From Mustelus asterias (lineage: Eukaryota), in NCBI RefSeq assembly GCF_964213995.1, contig NC_135801.1:115506001-115570000 (forward strand): a stretch of DNA of 64,000 bases, written 5' to 3'. Of this stretch, positions 13,783 to 26,968 are shown one piece after another (the stretch's first letter is position 1; every line of letters starts with the position of its first letter). The translations under genes were made by a program, and so were the position numbers. The notes under the pieces were generated by a model. That model saw nothing but the letters and a program-made list of their open reading frames with translations, was not told the origin of the DNA and did no database searches.

Positions 13783-13989
13783 CGGATGTGGAGATGCCGG
13801 CATTCGACTGAGGTGGGCACAATAAGAAGTCTCACAACACCAGGTTAAAGTCCAACAGGTTTACATGGAATCATGAGCTTTCAGAGTACTGCTCCTTCAT
13901 CAGGACTCACCTGATGAAGGAGCAGCGCTCCAAAAGCTTGATTCCAAATGAACCTGTTGGACTTTAACCTGGTGTTGTGAGATTTCTTA
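13783..13989. mobile_element. Penelope pLTR-derived foldback insertion
   Basis: 9-bp TSD caaaacagc (13774-13782 / 13990-13998); ~80-bp inverted arms (13823-13904 / 13910-13989) homologous to 12370-12460. Confidence 0.85.
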
Positions 13990-15074
13990 CAAAACAGCTA
14001 TGGCAGAGAGTACGCCTAGATTGCCCAGGTCCGGTGGAGGAATGTATGTTCCTTGTATTGGTAGTTGCACATTCTAAATAGCCAGAAGTAGGGATCATAA
14101 AATCTATGACAGCAGAACAGACTATTGAGAAGCTGGATGAAATATTTGCTAGATTTGGTAGAGCTGACCAAATAGTAAGTGACAATGGAACACAATTTAT
14201 TTCAAAGTAGTTCAAAGGCTACTTAAAGGAAAATGGTATCCTACACATCAAGTCAGCTCCATACCATCAAGCAAAAAAAATGGATTGGCCAAATGATTTA
14301 TACAGCCACTAAAACACTCACTAAAGGTATCAAAGAACCAAGGGACCTTGTCAAAACAAGTAAATACATTTTTGTTATCCTACAGGAACACTGCACATCC
14401 AACAGCACAGAATTTATCAGCAATGCTGCTTTTAAAAAGCTTAAAACAAAGTTTGAACTTTTGACACCACCTGATACTTCAGAAATTGTCGAACGACAAT
14501 GAAAAGCACAAAAATTAAAGTTTGGTGAATTTAAAGGCAGTTATCTCACTAAATCTGCGTCAATGACATGAAACTACTTCTTATTAAGTAGAGACAAGGA
14601 ACATTGCTGTCCAATGAAGTAGCAATGAAGATAAGCTGCAGTAAACAAGAGGAACTGAAGCTGTAACATAAGCACCAGAGTGTATTGCAGAAATCCCAGT
14701 TGGGTGTAATAAAACATGTTTCCTGGTTCCTTCTTCATGCCCCCAATTAACACTGACATTAACACCCTGGCTGGCTCATATATCGAATAACTGCTTCAAA
14801 AGTGATACTGATGTCGTTTGCAGGTTACTGACAGTTTTATTTCCAAAACAAACAGTCAGAGAAGAGGGTCCCAGATAGATGGCTGCTGCTTAGAGAATTG
14901 TCGATGCCCATAGATTATCTGCATCATAACAGAGGCTGTCGGAAAAACAGAGATTCAAAATACTCTTCCCTTGGAATGAATTTAGGCTCCAATGTTTGCA
15001 ACATGCGGCTTTACTCACTGGGAGCCTTGCGAAGATGTGTCCAAGTTCCTCATATATGCTCCGGATTGATTAAA

Positions 15075-15340
15075 GTGTCAGCTCTGGTTTAGTTGGTCAC
15101 AATCTCATCTTTGAGTCAGAGGGTAACAGGGTCTAAACCCTCTCCAGTGACTTGAGCACAACATCCAGGCTGAAACTCCAGTGCAATAGACAATACAACA
15201 CTGTCAGAAAATGTTTGAATTAATGTTAAACTGAGGCACCAACACAAAGATCCCATAGCACTACTTTGAAGAAAACATTGGTAGTACATCTCATCGGCAA
15301 GAGACTTGCATTCACCTAATCACTGTGCACAAATTGTCTG
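15075..15340 (+). mobile_element. Degenerate Deu-domain tRNA-SINE (SacSINE1-like)
   Basis: gtgtcagctctggtttagttgg head; aaagatcccatagcactactttgaagaa Deu-like core; homologous to 56215-56750. Confidence 0.6.
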
Positions 15341-15508
15341 CTTCTGCCCACCACCAGGGGTTGGGGACGCAAGCTTCCTGCCTCTCACCCCCATCCTGTC
15401 CTGGAGATTCCATGTATTCCTCCTTGTAAGAGGACCATCAAAATTAAAAAACAATAAAAGTGCTGGAAATATTTAGCTGTTCAGGCAGCATCTTTGAGAA
15501 AAACAGGG

Positions 15509-17870
15509 GCCCATACTTTTGCCATGATGGAGAAGCTCTCTGCTGGAAATGGCCAAAAACTCAAAATCTCACTCCTGAACATGACATGTTCCATTTTGAG
15601 GGGGCTGAGTGGAGTCAGGTCAGAGTTCGTGCACGCGTGCATTACATATGCAGCTGGGGTCATTTAAATCACCAACTGCCTCCGCTGAAGTGGGATTTTG
15701 GAAGGCCAGGGGTGTGGAAACCAGGGTGTGCAGATTAGAACATGTGAGATCTGGTCTGAACTTGTTGGATTTGTTTGGATATCCAAGGTATCCCTTTGGA
15801 GAGATCAAGTACCCATTTGCAAATGGTTCTGGGACACCTTTGGGAGAGGTAAGGCAACATTTGGAATTGTTAGGAATGAATATGATTCTGCAATTTCTAT
15901 GCAAACATATTAGATTTGTCAAAGAGTTCTCTAGCTATCAAAGAACTGTCAATCTGTTAAGGAACTATAAAAGTTATCAAGGAGCTGCTGAAGCATATTA
16001 GGTGAGTTGGCATGGAATGGGTTGGGGCAAATGATGATGTGTGGCTATTAAGGGCTATGGAGTTGTAGGGGCTAAAGGAATATGAGGGGCCATCAGGGTG
16101 GGCAGAGGGGCATGGGCTGACATAGAGGGCATGAGGTGCCATGGAGGCTGGGTGGGGGCATGAGGTGCCATATGCTAACATGGATGGGGCAATGGGAGTG
16201 TCAGGTGGGTTAATGAGGTGTGAGAGGAGAGGGTTGGAGGGCTGTTTTTTTGTTTTATTGCTGATTTATTTCAACACAGTAGCAGAATACAGAGACAAGC
16301 CTTCCTCCTAGCCTGCCTCTGCATCCAGCAGCCTCATCCCTGGGGCAGCGGGCTCAACTTCCCATCCAGTGTCTCCCCCCCCCCCCCCCCCCCCCCCACC
16401 CCCACCCCCCACCCCCACCTACTGGAATGTTCCCAACTCTGTATCCAAGCCTGGAAGGAATTCTGGGCCAGAGTTCATGCTTCAGATCTGGATGAACTTT
16501 CATCAAAGTCTGTTAGCTCACACAGCATGAGACGCTGACAACATTGCTCAGTGAACACTCCCAATGAACTTGGCAACCTGGTTTTCCTGTCTCTTAAAGT
16601 TGAAAAATGTTTGCTGAAAGGACATGAGGGGCCAGTCTGGCAAATACAGCACTAGAAGCATTGATATAGATGGGCAGGAGGAGAAGCGCCATGATACCTC
16701 CAGGGGCCAGGAGCCCCTCAGTGATCACCCTCAGAAGGGATCGAGGAGGTGGGTAAGAAGGTAAACTCCAAGAGTCTGGACCCCAATACCTGGCAATAGT
16801 GCCACAAGAAGTTTAATGACATCAGATGGGTGGGGAACCTCAGTGAGTGCATCATTATGTCATCTCCTACCCAGTGCACCACCTAACTCTGACACGACTT
16901 AGTGCCCCACACCTCCAACACTCACTCAGCAAGCACACTGCCATTCAGAATTAATGCCTAACCTCCAGATACACCACCTCGCCCTCACATACCTACCAAT
17001 TCTACCAATATCACATTTATCTCTCACAGCCTCCATATATCTTCTGCTATTCAGTAATGGCAGGCACATCACTCAAACACAGCGCTTCACAATTACTAAC
17101 AGTCATCTCTCTTTTTTCCAAAAATATGTGGCACACAAGAAAAGGGAACAGAGCAAGGCCGGCGGGGGATGAGGGTATCCGCATCTCCTGTACTCTATGG
17201 AAGATATGATTCTCTGCATCAAGGGACCAGTTGCCAAAGGGCCCAAAGCATTCAATAGCACAAAGAACACATAAGAACTGCCACCTGCTCAACCCAAGGG
17301 GAAAGGGAAGAGAAACAGCACTGTACTAATGGAGAAGAACCATCACTTGAATTGACATGAGCAGCCACCAACTCAGGCACTGCAACTGCACTTACCTTGG
17401 CTGCTAGTGTAGAGTTGGGATCAGCACCTTGTGAGTTACTGGTGAGGAGCAGGTAGCAAACGCATCATGGCTAAGGAATGGTCCATTTACTCACTGAAGG
17501 GTGTGGTGGCAGATTAATAGGAGTACTTCAGAGGACTTACATGAGGACCACAACATAAAGGGTAGCATGGAGGAAAACACTGAATGGGCATACACACCAA
17601 AATGAAAGGTGAATTGGTGAAGACAGACTCTTGTTACTCTTAAGGAGCATGGAGGAAGTTGGCTTCAAATGGCTGACAGGATGGCAGAGAACTTGTCCTC
17701 TCCACAGCCAATACTCCATCTCCCTGTGTTGCAGATCCAGAGATACTGCCACTGTTGTCCTCATACCTATTTGCAGATTTTTTGTAGACAAGTCATCTCT
17801 GCCATCTCTGAGAAGATGTGACAATACTCTCTGGTAAATGATTGAAAACACCTCCAAAAAGACTTAGGAA
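15509..17870 (+). mobile_element. Degenerate Harbinger-like DNA transposon with Myb/SANT-like ORF remnant
   Basis: 16660-16830 reads as a Myb/SANT-like remnant (EEVGKKVNSK...W.*CHKKFND); related remnants at ~25480-25690, ~35000-35950 (-) and ~49200-49370; boundaries uncertain. Confidence 0.45.
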
Positions 17871-17899
17871 TCCTTTCAGATGCTTTCCAATGCAAAAAG

Positions 17900-18788
17900 T
17901 TCCATAGAGAGGTGGAGTGTCTTGGGCTACAAGAAGATTTAGATGGAATGGTCAAATGGGCAGACAAGTGGCAGATGGAATTTAACCCTGAAAAGCGTGA
18001 GGTAGTGCACTTTGGTAGGAGTGATTTAACAAGAAAGTATGCAATGAATGATAGGACACTAGGAGGTTCTGTGGAACAAAGGGACCTTGGCGTGTTTGTC
18101 CACAGATCTCTGAAGGCTGAAGGGCGTGTTAGTAGGATGGTAAAAAAGGCGTATGGGACATTTGCCTTTATCAATCGAGGCATAGATTACAAGTGCAAGG
18201 AAGTCATGTTGAAGTTGTATAGAACATTGGTGAGGCCACAGCTAGAGTACTGTGTGCAGTTCTGGTCGCCACATTATAGGAAGAATGTGATTGCACTGAA
18301 GGGAATGCAGAGGAGATTTACCAGGATGCTGCCTGGGATGGAACATTTAAGTTATGAAGAGAGATTGCGTAGGCTTGGGTTTTCGTTGGAGCAGAGAAGA
18401 CTGAGGGGCAACCTGGTCAAGGTATACAAGATAATGAGAGACCTGGACAGAATTGTAAAGGAGCAGCTTTTCCCCTCAGTTGAAGGGTCAGTCACAAGGG
18501 GGCATAGGTTCAAGGTGAAGGGCAGGAATGTTAGGGTGGATGTGAGCAAAAACCTTTTTACCCAGAGGCTGATGATTGTCTGGAATGCTCTGCGTGGGAG
18601 GGTGGTGGAGACGGGTTGCCTTACATCTTTTAAAAAGTATCTGGATGATCACTTAGCATGCTATAACATTCAGGCCTATGGGCCAAGTGATGACATATGG
18701 GATGAGGTGAGAGTTCAGGTGTTTCTAATGTGTTGCTGTGGACTCAATGGGCCGAAGAGCCTCTTTTGTGCTCTATGATTCTATGATA
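17900..18788 (+). mobile_element. CR1-type LINE 3' fragment (5'-truncated)
   Basis: 288-aa ORF: LQEDLDGMVKWADKWQMEFNPEK...LVRPQLEYCVQFWSPHY...TRGH...; ends in a ctatgattctatga tail. Confidence 0.92.
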
Positions 18789-20516
18789 ACCATTGTGCAG
18801 ATAAACTAGAACTATTTCACTAAACCCTGTTTAATCAAGCGGCTCCCACACTGAAATACATTGGATGCCATCCTTTTCTCCAATGCTAACAATTAGGAAT
18901 CCAAACAATTTTACCTGCAGGAAAACACCAAGTGGGACTGAGGAGCCATGAATAAATATTTACATCTGCACAGAAAAGATGTTTGGCATATTGTTTTGCA
19001 GACAGGAAACCAGCTAAATGAGGGTCGTAAAGTGTCCATTTCAAATTGAACACATTGTTGTGCATTCAAATTGTTGGCTCTGTACCAAATAGTATGTTAT
19101 CTGTTTAACAAAACTAGTGTGGGTTAAGCTTTTAGTCAAGGGTTTGATTTTAAATGTTATAAAAATACTTTATGTGGACTACCTTTTTCTGCTGTTGAGA
19201 TATAAAATTAGGAGACTGGGGTTTCAGTTCATGGAGAAGTAGTCCAGTATTGTAGAAAGAGACAATTGTTCTGTTAGAACAAATTCCACTTAAACCAGGC
19301 TGGGACAGGTAGCCAGTTTTGGGAATTGTCGGCTAGAGGAACAGATGGAGATTCTGGTGGTTTTGACAGTGCCTGTGTGCAGGATGTGTACAGGATGGAC
19401 AGCTTTTGTGAACACATTTTAAAATAATCTCGTGGAAGTGATAACACAACCCTAGCTTGAACATGCCAAGAAGAACTTTGTGGCCTTTATTGCTCATTTT
19501 GCCCCTGAAAATCTGGAGTAAAGTTTTAATATGTGCTTATGATTACATTCAGGTAAACATTATCATGTATTCAAGCGATTTGAGAAAGTGTGCAGTTTTA
19601 AAAATTTGTCTTCCCAGTTGTTTGTACAGCGTTGATAAAATAAATCGCTGCATTGAAGCCCAGCGAGGAAGATCGTTGAACTCCAGGTGTTGAACAGTTG
19701 TATGTTGGTTGAATTCATTCAATGTTAATTGTTGACCAAGTAAAAATAATTATGTCATCAACAAAAATGGAAGCGACTTAGGCTGACTCTGATGAACCAA
19801 ACGTTTTATATGTTTTATAGAAATTATTGATCAGAATACATGGATAAAAAAACATTTTGCGGAATTTTCCAGCACGTCCGCCCGAGGTTCATACAATCCC
19901 AACTGAGGCCAACGGAAAATGCCATTCACCAAGCCGAGCCTGCCCCCGGAATCGGGGAGGGCGGGCATACTGGTAAAATTCCAGCCCATGGTTTTCTGGG
20001 AAACAAGTCTACAAACCACAGAAAACTATTGAAAGATTAGTTTAGGGCTACCAAGACAAAAAGCATTTCTCAGGGCAATGCAGCAGACTGCAGAAAGGGA
20101 ATAGCAATCTGAAACATGTGGCAAGATGGAAGATCAGCCAGAATTAAAAATATTATGCAGGTGATAAAAGGGGACAAACAAGTTTTTATGATGACCAATA
20201 AAACTGATCGTCCAATGGTTCAGCGGTAAAATTCACAACTTATTGTAAAGCTGAGGCCCCAACCACCGCCACCCTCCTGCCAGCTCAATTACTGTGCTGC
20301 TTGAGCCCCCAAACACCTCCACCCTCTCCCCATCCCCTTCCTTTGCACTACCACCTAGTTTCACCTACTCCCACCTTCTGCCTGCTAAGATGGACAAAGA
20401 CCTCAACTCAGATCCAAATATTGAACCTCACCTGGATGCACATCACCTTTAAGCTGTTGGGAAACAGGAGGCACAAGTTGTCATGTACCATTGACTTAAT
20501 TTGGAAGATGAGACTT

Positions 20517-21550
20517 TTGGGGCGATTCTCCCAAAAGTGCTGAATTGGTGGGAAAATTGTTCTGGATCACGGCTGTTTTATCAGTGCAGCTTCTCACTCG
20601 AATCTCCGCACTCTGTGCACTGCAGAGGTCACAATTATGAATATCATTAAAAACCAGGGAGTGGCGGGGCCTATTCACACTGGAATCTGACAGCTCCGGA
20701 ACTTGGCACATGCGGGTGACCCCGATCTGTCAGTCTCCCCGTTTGCTGGCCAGCCCGGGACCCCCGCAGTTCTGCCCCTCCAGCCCACCCCATGGCCCAA
20801 TCGCAGCCCCCACAACAATTCCCGGGCCAGCCCTGAACCCCGCGCCCCGGAGCATCATGATGTCCAGCCCATCCCTGCCCCCCAGCAGTAGCGATCCCCC
20901 CACCACCTCACCCCGGCAGACTTCCCCCCTCGCAGACCACCACCCCAATTGCTGGCCTCCTTCCAGCCCAGATCGATCCCCATGCAGAGTGGCAGCGGGA
21001 CCCCCCCACCAATCACCCCCTAGGCTCCACCCACAAGAGGTCCCACCCCTTGGCAGTGCCCAATGCCTGGTGGGCAGTGCCAAGGTGTCACCTGGGCATG
21101 GGAACTTTGCCCATTAGGCAGTGCCGGGGGCACAGGCTGACACTGCCAGGGTGCCCATGCCCAGGGGGAACTATCCCCCACCACCCAATCCCCTGGGGAT
21201 ATCCGATTGCCCCTCCTTTATTCTGGCAGGGTCTCCCACTAGTTCCCCGAACATGGGGAGCTACTCTAAACCCCACCGGAATAAAGTACTCCTGGTGGGG
21301 TGGAATATTCTATCGGGCCTGGCAAGTTCCGTGCCAGGCCCAATAATGATATGCAAAATATATTTAAACTACATTGAAAAAAGATTCAAATTACTTAACC
21401 TTTCTTCCCGCCGGTTTCCAGCATGGTCTGGACTGCGACTGTTCTCCGGCTCCGGGAGACGCGCATGCGCAAATCCCGGAAAAAGGCCAACGCGCGATTC
21501 TCCCGACCGGACCCACCAGAAAAGTTGCGGGTCATGATGGGAGAATCGGG
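20517..21550 (+). mobile_element. ~1-kb GC-rich non-autonomous DNA transposon with TIRs
   Basis: Ends ggggcgattctccc ... gggagaatcggg; a homologous copy in opposite orientation lies at 29326-30490. Confidence 0.8.
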
Positions 21551-22109
21551 CTCTTCATTTGAAAATGTTCCCATTTAATAAATATTCATGGTATGCAAAT
21601 ACATGGGAAATATGTTACTGCCACAGGATTGTGTGATGCCAGTTTCAACACCAACACGCTGCTGACTGAATTTCTCACACCCAATCTGACATCGGGAAAC
21701 AGATTTCAGTGCCTACTGAATTAAATCCCCCCAGACGCCTCATTTCTGCTCTTACAGGCTCCATTAAATTCAATCATTGTATACCGTTGGGCAAGGATAT
21801 AGAAACAATGGAAAAAGTGCAATATAGATTCACTAGGATGTTACCAGGAAGGTATGAAAAAGGTGCTTTCTTTATTAGATCTGAGAAGCTTAAGGGGTGG
21901 CCTAATAGAGGTATTAAACTTGTGAAATGTTAATATGCGATAATTAAAATCAGATTGTTTGCAATATCTATGCAACAGTAACAAAGGTGCACAAACTTAC
22001 AGCCATCAAAAAGTGGAGGTTAGAACAATATTCTAAACCCAGGAGATAGTTGGCACATGGAATTGTTAATCTCAAAAACTGTTGAGCTAGAGTCCATAAT
22101 TACTCCAAC

Positions 22110-22575
22110 TCCAAAGATACTCAACAAGCTCGACACCGTACAGAACAAAACAGGTCATCGATCACCATCCCAACCACCACTTTCGACATTCACTCCCTCC
22201 AATGCACAGTAGCAACAGTGTGTACCATCTACAAGATACACTGCAGCAACTCACCAAGGCTCCTTTGATAGTACCTTCCAACCTGAGAAATCAAGCACCC
22301 AGAAGGACAAGGGCAGCAGATGCATAGGATCACCACGACTGGTAGGTTCCTCTCCAAGCCAAACACCATTCGGATTTTGAAATCTAGCACTGTTCCTTCA
22401 CTGTCACTTAGTCAAAATCCAGAAACTTCCTTCCTAACAGCACCGTGGGTGTACCTACATCACATGGGCTGCAGTGGTTCAAGAAGGCAGCTCACCACCA
22501 TCTTCTCAAGAGCAATTAGGAAAGGGCAATAAATGCTAGCCTAGCCAGCAAAGCCAACATCCTCTGAAAGAATAA
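22110..22575 (+). mobile_element. Non-LTR retrotransposon 3' fragment
   Basis: Tail gcagtggttcaagaaggcagctcaccacc...gggcaataaatgctagcctagccagc; the same tail is seen at ~45210-45395 (-) and on SINEs near 24200 and 32100. Confidence 0.6.
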
Positions 22576-23159
22576 TTTTGCTAAAAATTAGCTGATCTCA
22601 ACTGTGATGATATTGAGTATGAAACGTTTTCCTCAGACTATGTTTGGTGAAATTTAGTGCCAAACTGCGCTTTGTGGAAAAATGTTTCTGTTGCATCTTT
22701 TCCAGCACTCGGGTAAGAATCAAACCATCTTGATATCTCAAAGCAAACAAACAACTTTATAGATCGCAAGGGAAATGACTTCTCTTGAGAAAAACTATTT
22801 TTAACAGACATTAATTAAAAACTTCCTCTTGCTTCTTCGTGACTGGATTCACTGTGCAACAGATCATTCTAAAGGAAGTCACAGACTGGAAAAGGAAGGT
22901 AAACTTAGGCCGAAATATTCAGTAGTTCTGGTATTTATATAAAACTCCTGACTGTTCACACGGATATCTAATTAAATTGCTAACCTTGCCAACCTACAAA
23001 AGATTTAGATCTACTAAACTGGCCTGAATTAACTTACGGAATAGGACTGAAAATGTAGAGGTCTACAATACTTTGTATTACATAGTATTTACGGTAAAGA
23101 AACAGGCCATTCAGCCCAGAAAGTTTAAGGCAATTTCCCTCAACCTTACAGCATAAAAT

Positions 23160-23370
23160 AGAATCCTTACACTACAGAAGGAGGCCATTCAGCCCATCAA
23201 GCCTGCACCGACAACAATACTACCCAGGCCCTATCCCAGTAATCCCACACATTTACTCTGCTAATCCCCCTGACACTAAGGGACAATTTAGCATGGCCAA
23301 TTTGGACTGTGGGAGGAAACCGGGACACCCAGAGGAAACCCACGCAGACACGGACAGACAGTCACCCAAT
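23160..23370 (-). mobile_element. HE1 V-SINE partial copy
   Basis: Homologous to 10100-10355 with an internal deletion. Confidence 0.75.
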
Positions 23371-23789
23371 ACCATCTCACCCGATCAACTTTATCCAATC
23401 TTATACACCTTGATGTTCTAATAAAACAAATTTGACTTTTATATGAAACAAAGTTAAAATGACTTAATGCAGTTTTACAAGTAGGCTGTTTAGGCTGTTT
23501 CCTATAAGGTAGAGATTCTCTTTATTTCCCTTTATTTAATCATTTTCGTAAATTGACTGCTATATTATAAAGCAGAATTACATTTATTTGAAAACAAAAG
23601 TAATTTTTTGGTTTGAATATTTTTATTTTGGTTGACAATCCCCTCAAAGCTTACTGGGGAGTTAGTGGTGTTGTGGTAATGTCACTCAGTAAGTAATGCA
23701 TCAGGCTAATGCTCTGGGGGTTCAAATCCCACCATGGGAACTATGAAATTAGAATTATCTGGGATTGAAAGCCAGTTTCAGTAATGAAA

Positions 23790-24072
23790 CTAGCACAGTG
23801 ACACAGTGGTTAGCACTGCTGCCTCACAGCACCAGGGACCCAGGTTTGATTCCTGGCTTGGGTAACTGTCTGTGCGGAGTCTGCACGTTCTCCCCATGTC
23901 TGCCTGGGTTTCCTCCGGGTGCTCTTCCCACAGGCTGAAAGACTTGCTGGTTAGGTGCATTGGCCATACTAAATTCTCCCTCAGTGTACCCGAATAGGTG
24001 CCGGAGTGCGATGATTTGGGGATTTTCACAGTAATTTCATTGCCTACTTCTAATAAATAAACTTTACTTTAC
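23790..24072 (+). mobile_element. V-SINE with alternative 3' tail, nested in another tRNA-SINE (~23655-24270)
   Basis: HE1-like head and V-domain followed by a ccctcagtgtacccgaa...aataaataaactttactttac tail; the flanks form one interrupted SINE homologous to ~32080-32470 (-). Confidence 0.75.
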
Positions 24073-24644
24073 TAATGCCAATTGTTATAAAAGCCCATCT
24101 GATTCATCTTGTCCTTCAGGGAAGGAAATCTGCCACCTTTACCTGGCCTGGACGACATATGGTAATTGATCTAAAGTAATCTGATTGACTCTTAACTACC
24201 CACTGAAATGCTCACACTTAAGGGAATTAAGGATGGGCTGGCCTTGTCAGTGCTGCTCACATCCCATGAAAGAAAAACATGTTGGTTTAAACTTTGAGGG
24301 AAGTGGAAGTGTTATATAGATTCACATTTCAGAATTTGAAATTAGCATTTGTGCTTGTCAGGTGTTGGAAGTAGCTTGTAAATCTACCTCAATGAGAGAA
24401 GAGCTTGAACATTTTTTTGAGTTTTACTTTTCTTCTGTTTAGCTCATTGCTTGTAGGTCAAAGTTAACACCAGTCTGTAAATCATTGGTTGAAGGTATTC
24501 AGAAGTAGCTCTGGATGACACTTCTAGAGGTTTCTTTTGGACAAGCAACTAGAATCCATTTGACAGCTCCATGATAGAACAGTTAAGTTTGGAAGATCAC
24601 ATGTGAAAGATTATGGGAAATAGCTACAGTCACTATGTTCCATA

Positions 24645-25125
24645 CCAGTGGTGGGCAAACAGACCCCAGCCCACATGTGGCCCATCAGGGTTTGCAGTGC
24701 AGCATGCAAGACATTTTGTTGACTGTTGCCCATGTGCAGGTTTAATAGATTCTGCTGGTTTCCATTCATGTTGTTTTTTTCCTACCATATGGCTAAAGTG
24801 ATTCGCATGTAAAGAAAGAGTAAATGAAAGGAGGTGCATGCTGATTGCACACAACATGACTGTGAGAGCTGTGCACTGCATCCAATCAAGGGTAAATATT
24901 TATTTTGTTTTCAACTAATTGAAGTTAATGACAGTTCTATTAATATATGAATGGTTAAGCACTCTCTATAACTTGTTATGAAATATTCAGCATGTATTAA
25001 ATTTATTCAATCTTATTCATGGAGTCATGGTGGGTGAACACGCCCAATTTCAATTTTGTGGCCCACTGTGATGAAGGAGGGCCACTCAAGCGGCCCATTC
25101 AGTAGCCTAGGTTGTATATCACTCT
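24645..25125. mobile_element. Possible hAT-type MITE
   Basis: Starts cagtggtgggcaa, ends ggttgtatatcact; subterminal g(t/c)ggccc motifs at both ends; no clean 8-bp TSD. Confidence 0.4.
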
Positions 25126-26308
25126 TCTAGTCCATCACACTCTTGGTCACAAACATATGAAAATGGCAGACAGAGCTAGCCCATCATGCCTTTCGCTAAT
25201 GGCACAAGAGTTGGAACTAAACTCCCTTTCCCTCCATCTCACCGCTCCCCAATTCACACCCATGCCCAAAGTTAGCCCCTGAAAATGGGGCAGGTATCGT
25301 ATTGTGCAGTTAACACATGCCTGTTGAGTTGAATGCAGGCAGCGCACTAGATTTGTGCCGACTGCTAATTATAATGATTTCTGCATGAGCCATCACTCCC
25401 AGAGCTATTGATTGGCTGCAGGGGTCCCAATATAGTTACTAACTTACACTACTTAGTGCTGGTCTACACCTCTTAAAGGGGAGATGTTTGCAAGCGGAAC
25501 AGGTGCTGAGAAATATTCAGCAGTTGAATCTGACCTGGGAAAGAGAAAAGAATGGTTGACCATGGTAAAGAGTGGCTCCCACAGATCGGAGCCCTTGGTG
25601 AAGGAGATGGAAAGGAGGAGCGAGGCCCAGAAACCTGGAGACAGTTTTGGAAGAAGTTCATTAAACTCACAAATGTGGTCAAGGTCAGTACTTGCATTTT
25701 CAAATGCCATTTTCTACCAACTGGACCACTGTCCTGACCTCAATTCAGCACACCTCTACCACTCACCGACTAACAATCAGGAGTCATACTTAACATTAAT
25801 GGTGGCGATTCTTCCAGCCTGCTGTGCTGCTAGAGCCCACTGATTTTTATCATGATTCATGCTAGGGCACTCTGCAGTGTTCAGAGTGTGGAAGATTCAT
25901 TTTGAAACTCCAGCTTTTATGTGAATTCGGCACTTCAAATTTTTTTGGGAGAATCCCAGCCCGTATGTTTCAGCTCACTCTCATTTCTTTGTACTGTTGC
26001 AGCCCTCACATCTCACAGACAGCACACATGATATGACCAACCATATCATCAAAATGACTGCACAATGACTGACTTATCCATTGCTCTTGCAGGACAGCCA
26101 GTGGAATCAGGAACTAACTGGAGGGGGAAAGGTGTCTGCATGTCCTAACCCCGTGGAGGAGATGCTTCTGATCATTGTGATAATGACCACTGTTGAGCCC
26201 ACAGCCAATATCGATGGCACCTTCATGCCAAATCCTCCTTCCCACATTCCACTTCTCTCTCTCTTCCCACACTTTCTTCTGACTTACAAGTTATGAATTG
26301 TTTAAGCA

Positions 26309-26968
26309 TGGAATGTGTTGCCGGGCAAGGTGGTGGAGGCGGACACACTGGGAACGTTTAAGACTTATCTAGACAGCTATATGACCGGAGTGGGAATGGA
26401 GGGATACAAAAGAGTGGTCTAGTTTGGACCAGGGAGCGGCGCGGGCTAATTGTTCCTTGTTTCTCGTTTCAAGGCTTCATTCTATGATCATCTTGCTGGT
26501 GCCAGTACAGAGCGAGACTGCGGATAGTTGGGAACCTGTCTCGGGGGCAGGGAATTCATATGGTGTTCATGGAAGTGGAAATGACTAGGGTTGGGAAGCA
26601 TTTTCCGATCAGGGCCATTGTGATCTCCTGGACTCGTTTCGATCGCCTCAGGGGGTCGGAGAGGAATTTCCCAGATTTTTTTTTTCCCCATATTGGCCCT
26701 GGGGTTTTTCACTCTGGGTTTTCGCCTCTCCCTGGGGATCACATGGTCTGGAATAGGGGGGTGGGGGTGAGTTAATAGGTTGTAATGAACAAAGCATCGT
26801 AGCTGTGAGGGACAGCTCGGTGGATAGGATATTGGTATGTAGATAGGCTGGAAAATTGGGCGGGGATCCTGGATTCAGGATTCAATCCTGGACCGGAGAG
26901 CGGCGCGGGCTTGGAGGGCCGAAGGGCCTGTTCCTGTGCTGTATTGTTCTTTGTTCTTTTGTTCTTTT
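26309..26968 (+). mobile_element. CR1 3' end with extended 3' UTR
   Basis: End of ORF2 (WNVLPGKVVEADTLGTFKTYLDSYM), terminal gggccgaagggcctgttcctgtgctgta and (ttgttctt)n tail. Confidence 0.85.

Larger units (their letters stand above)
10450..14520 (+). mobile_element. Old, heavily disrupted Gypsy LTR retrotransposon internal region (gag-pro-RT-RH-IN)
   Basis: Protease EMDTG...LFGRAWL; RT/RH remnants LGLINYYGKFIPN, LACDASP, LIAFASRT; integrase IVSDNGTQF; many stops and frameshifts; interrupted by a MITE and two Penelope inserts. Confidence 0.85.

Noticed and set aside
16375-16418. Poly-C/poly-G tracts (also ~30080, 31440-31500, 33742, 55202) as functional G4 elements
   Set aside because: Simple homopolymer slippage, mostly within repeats; lengths are unreliable in assemblies.
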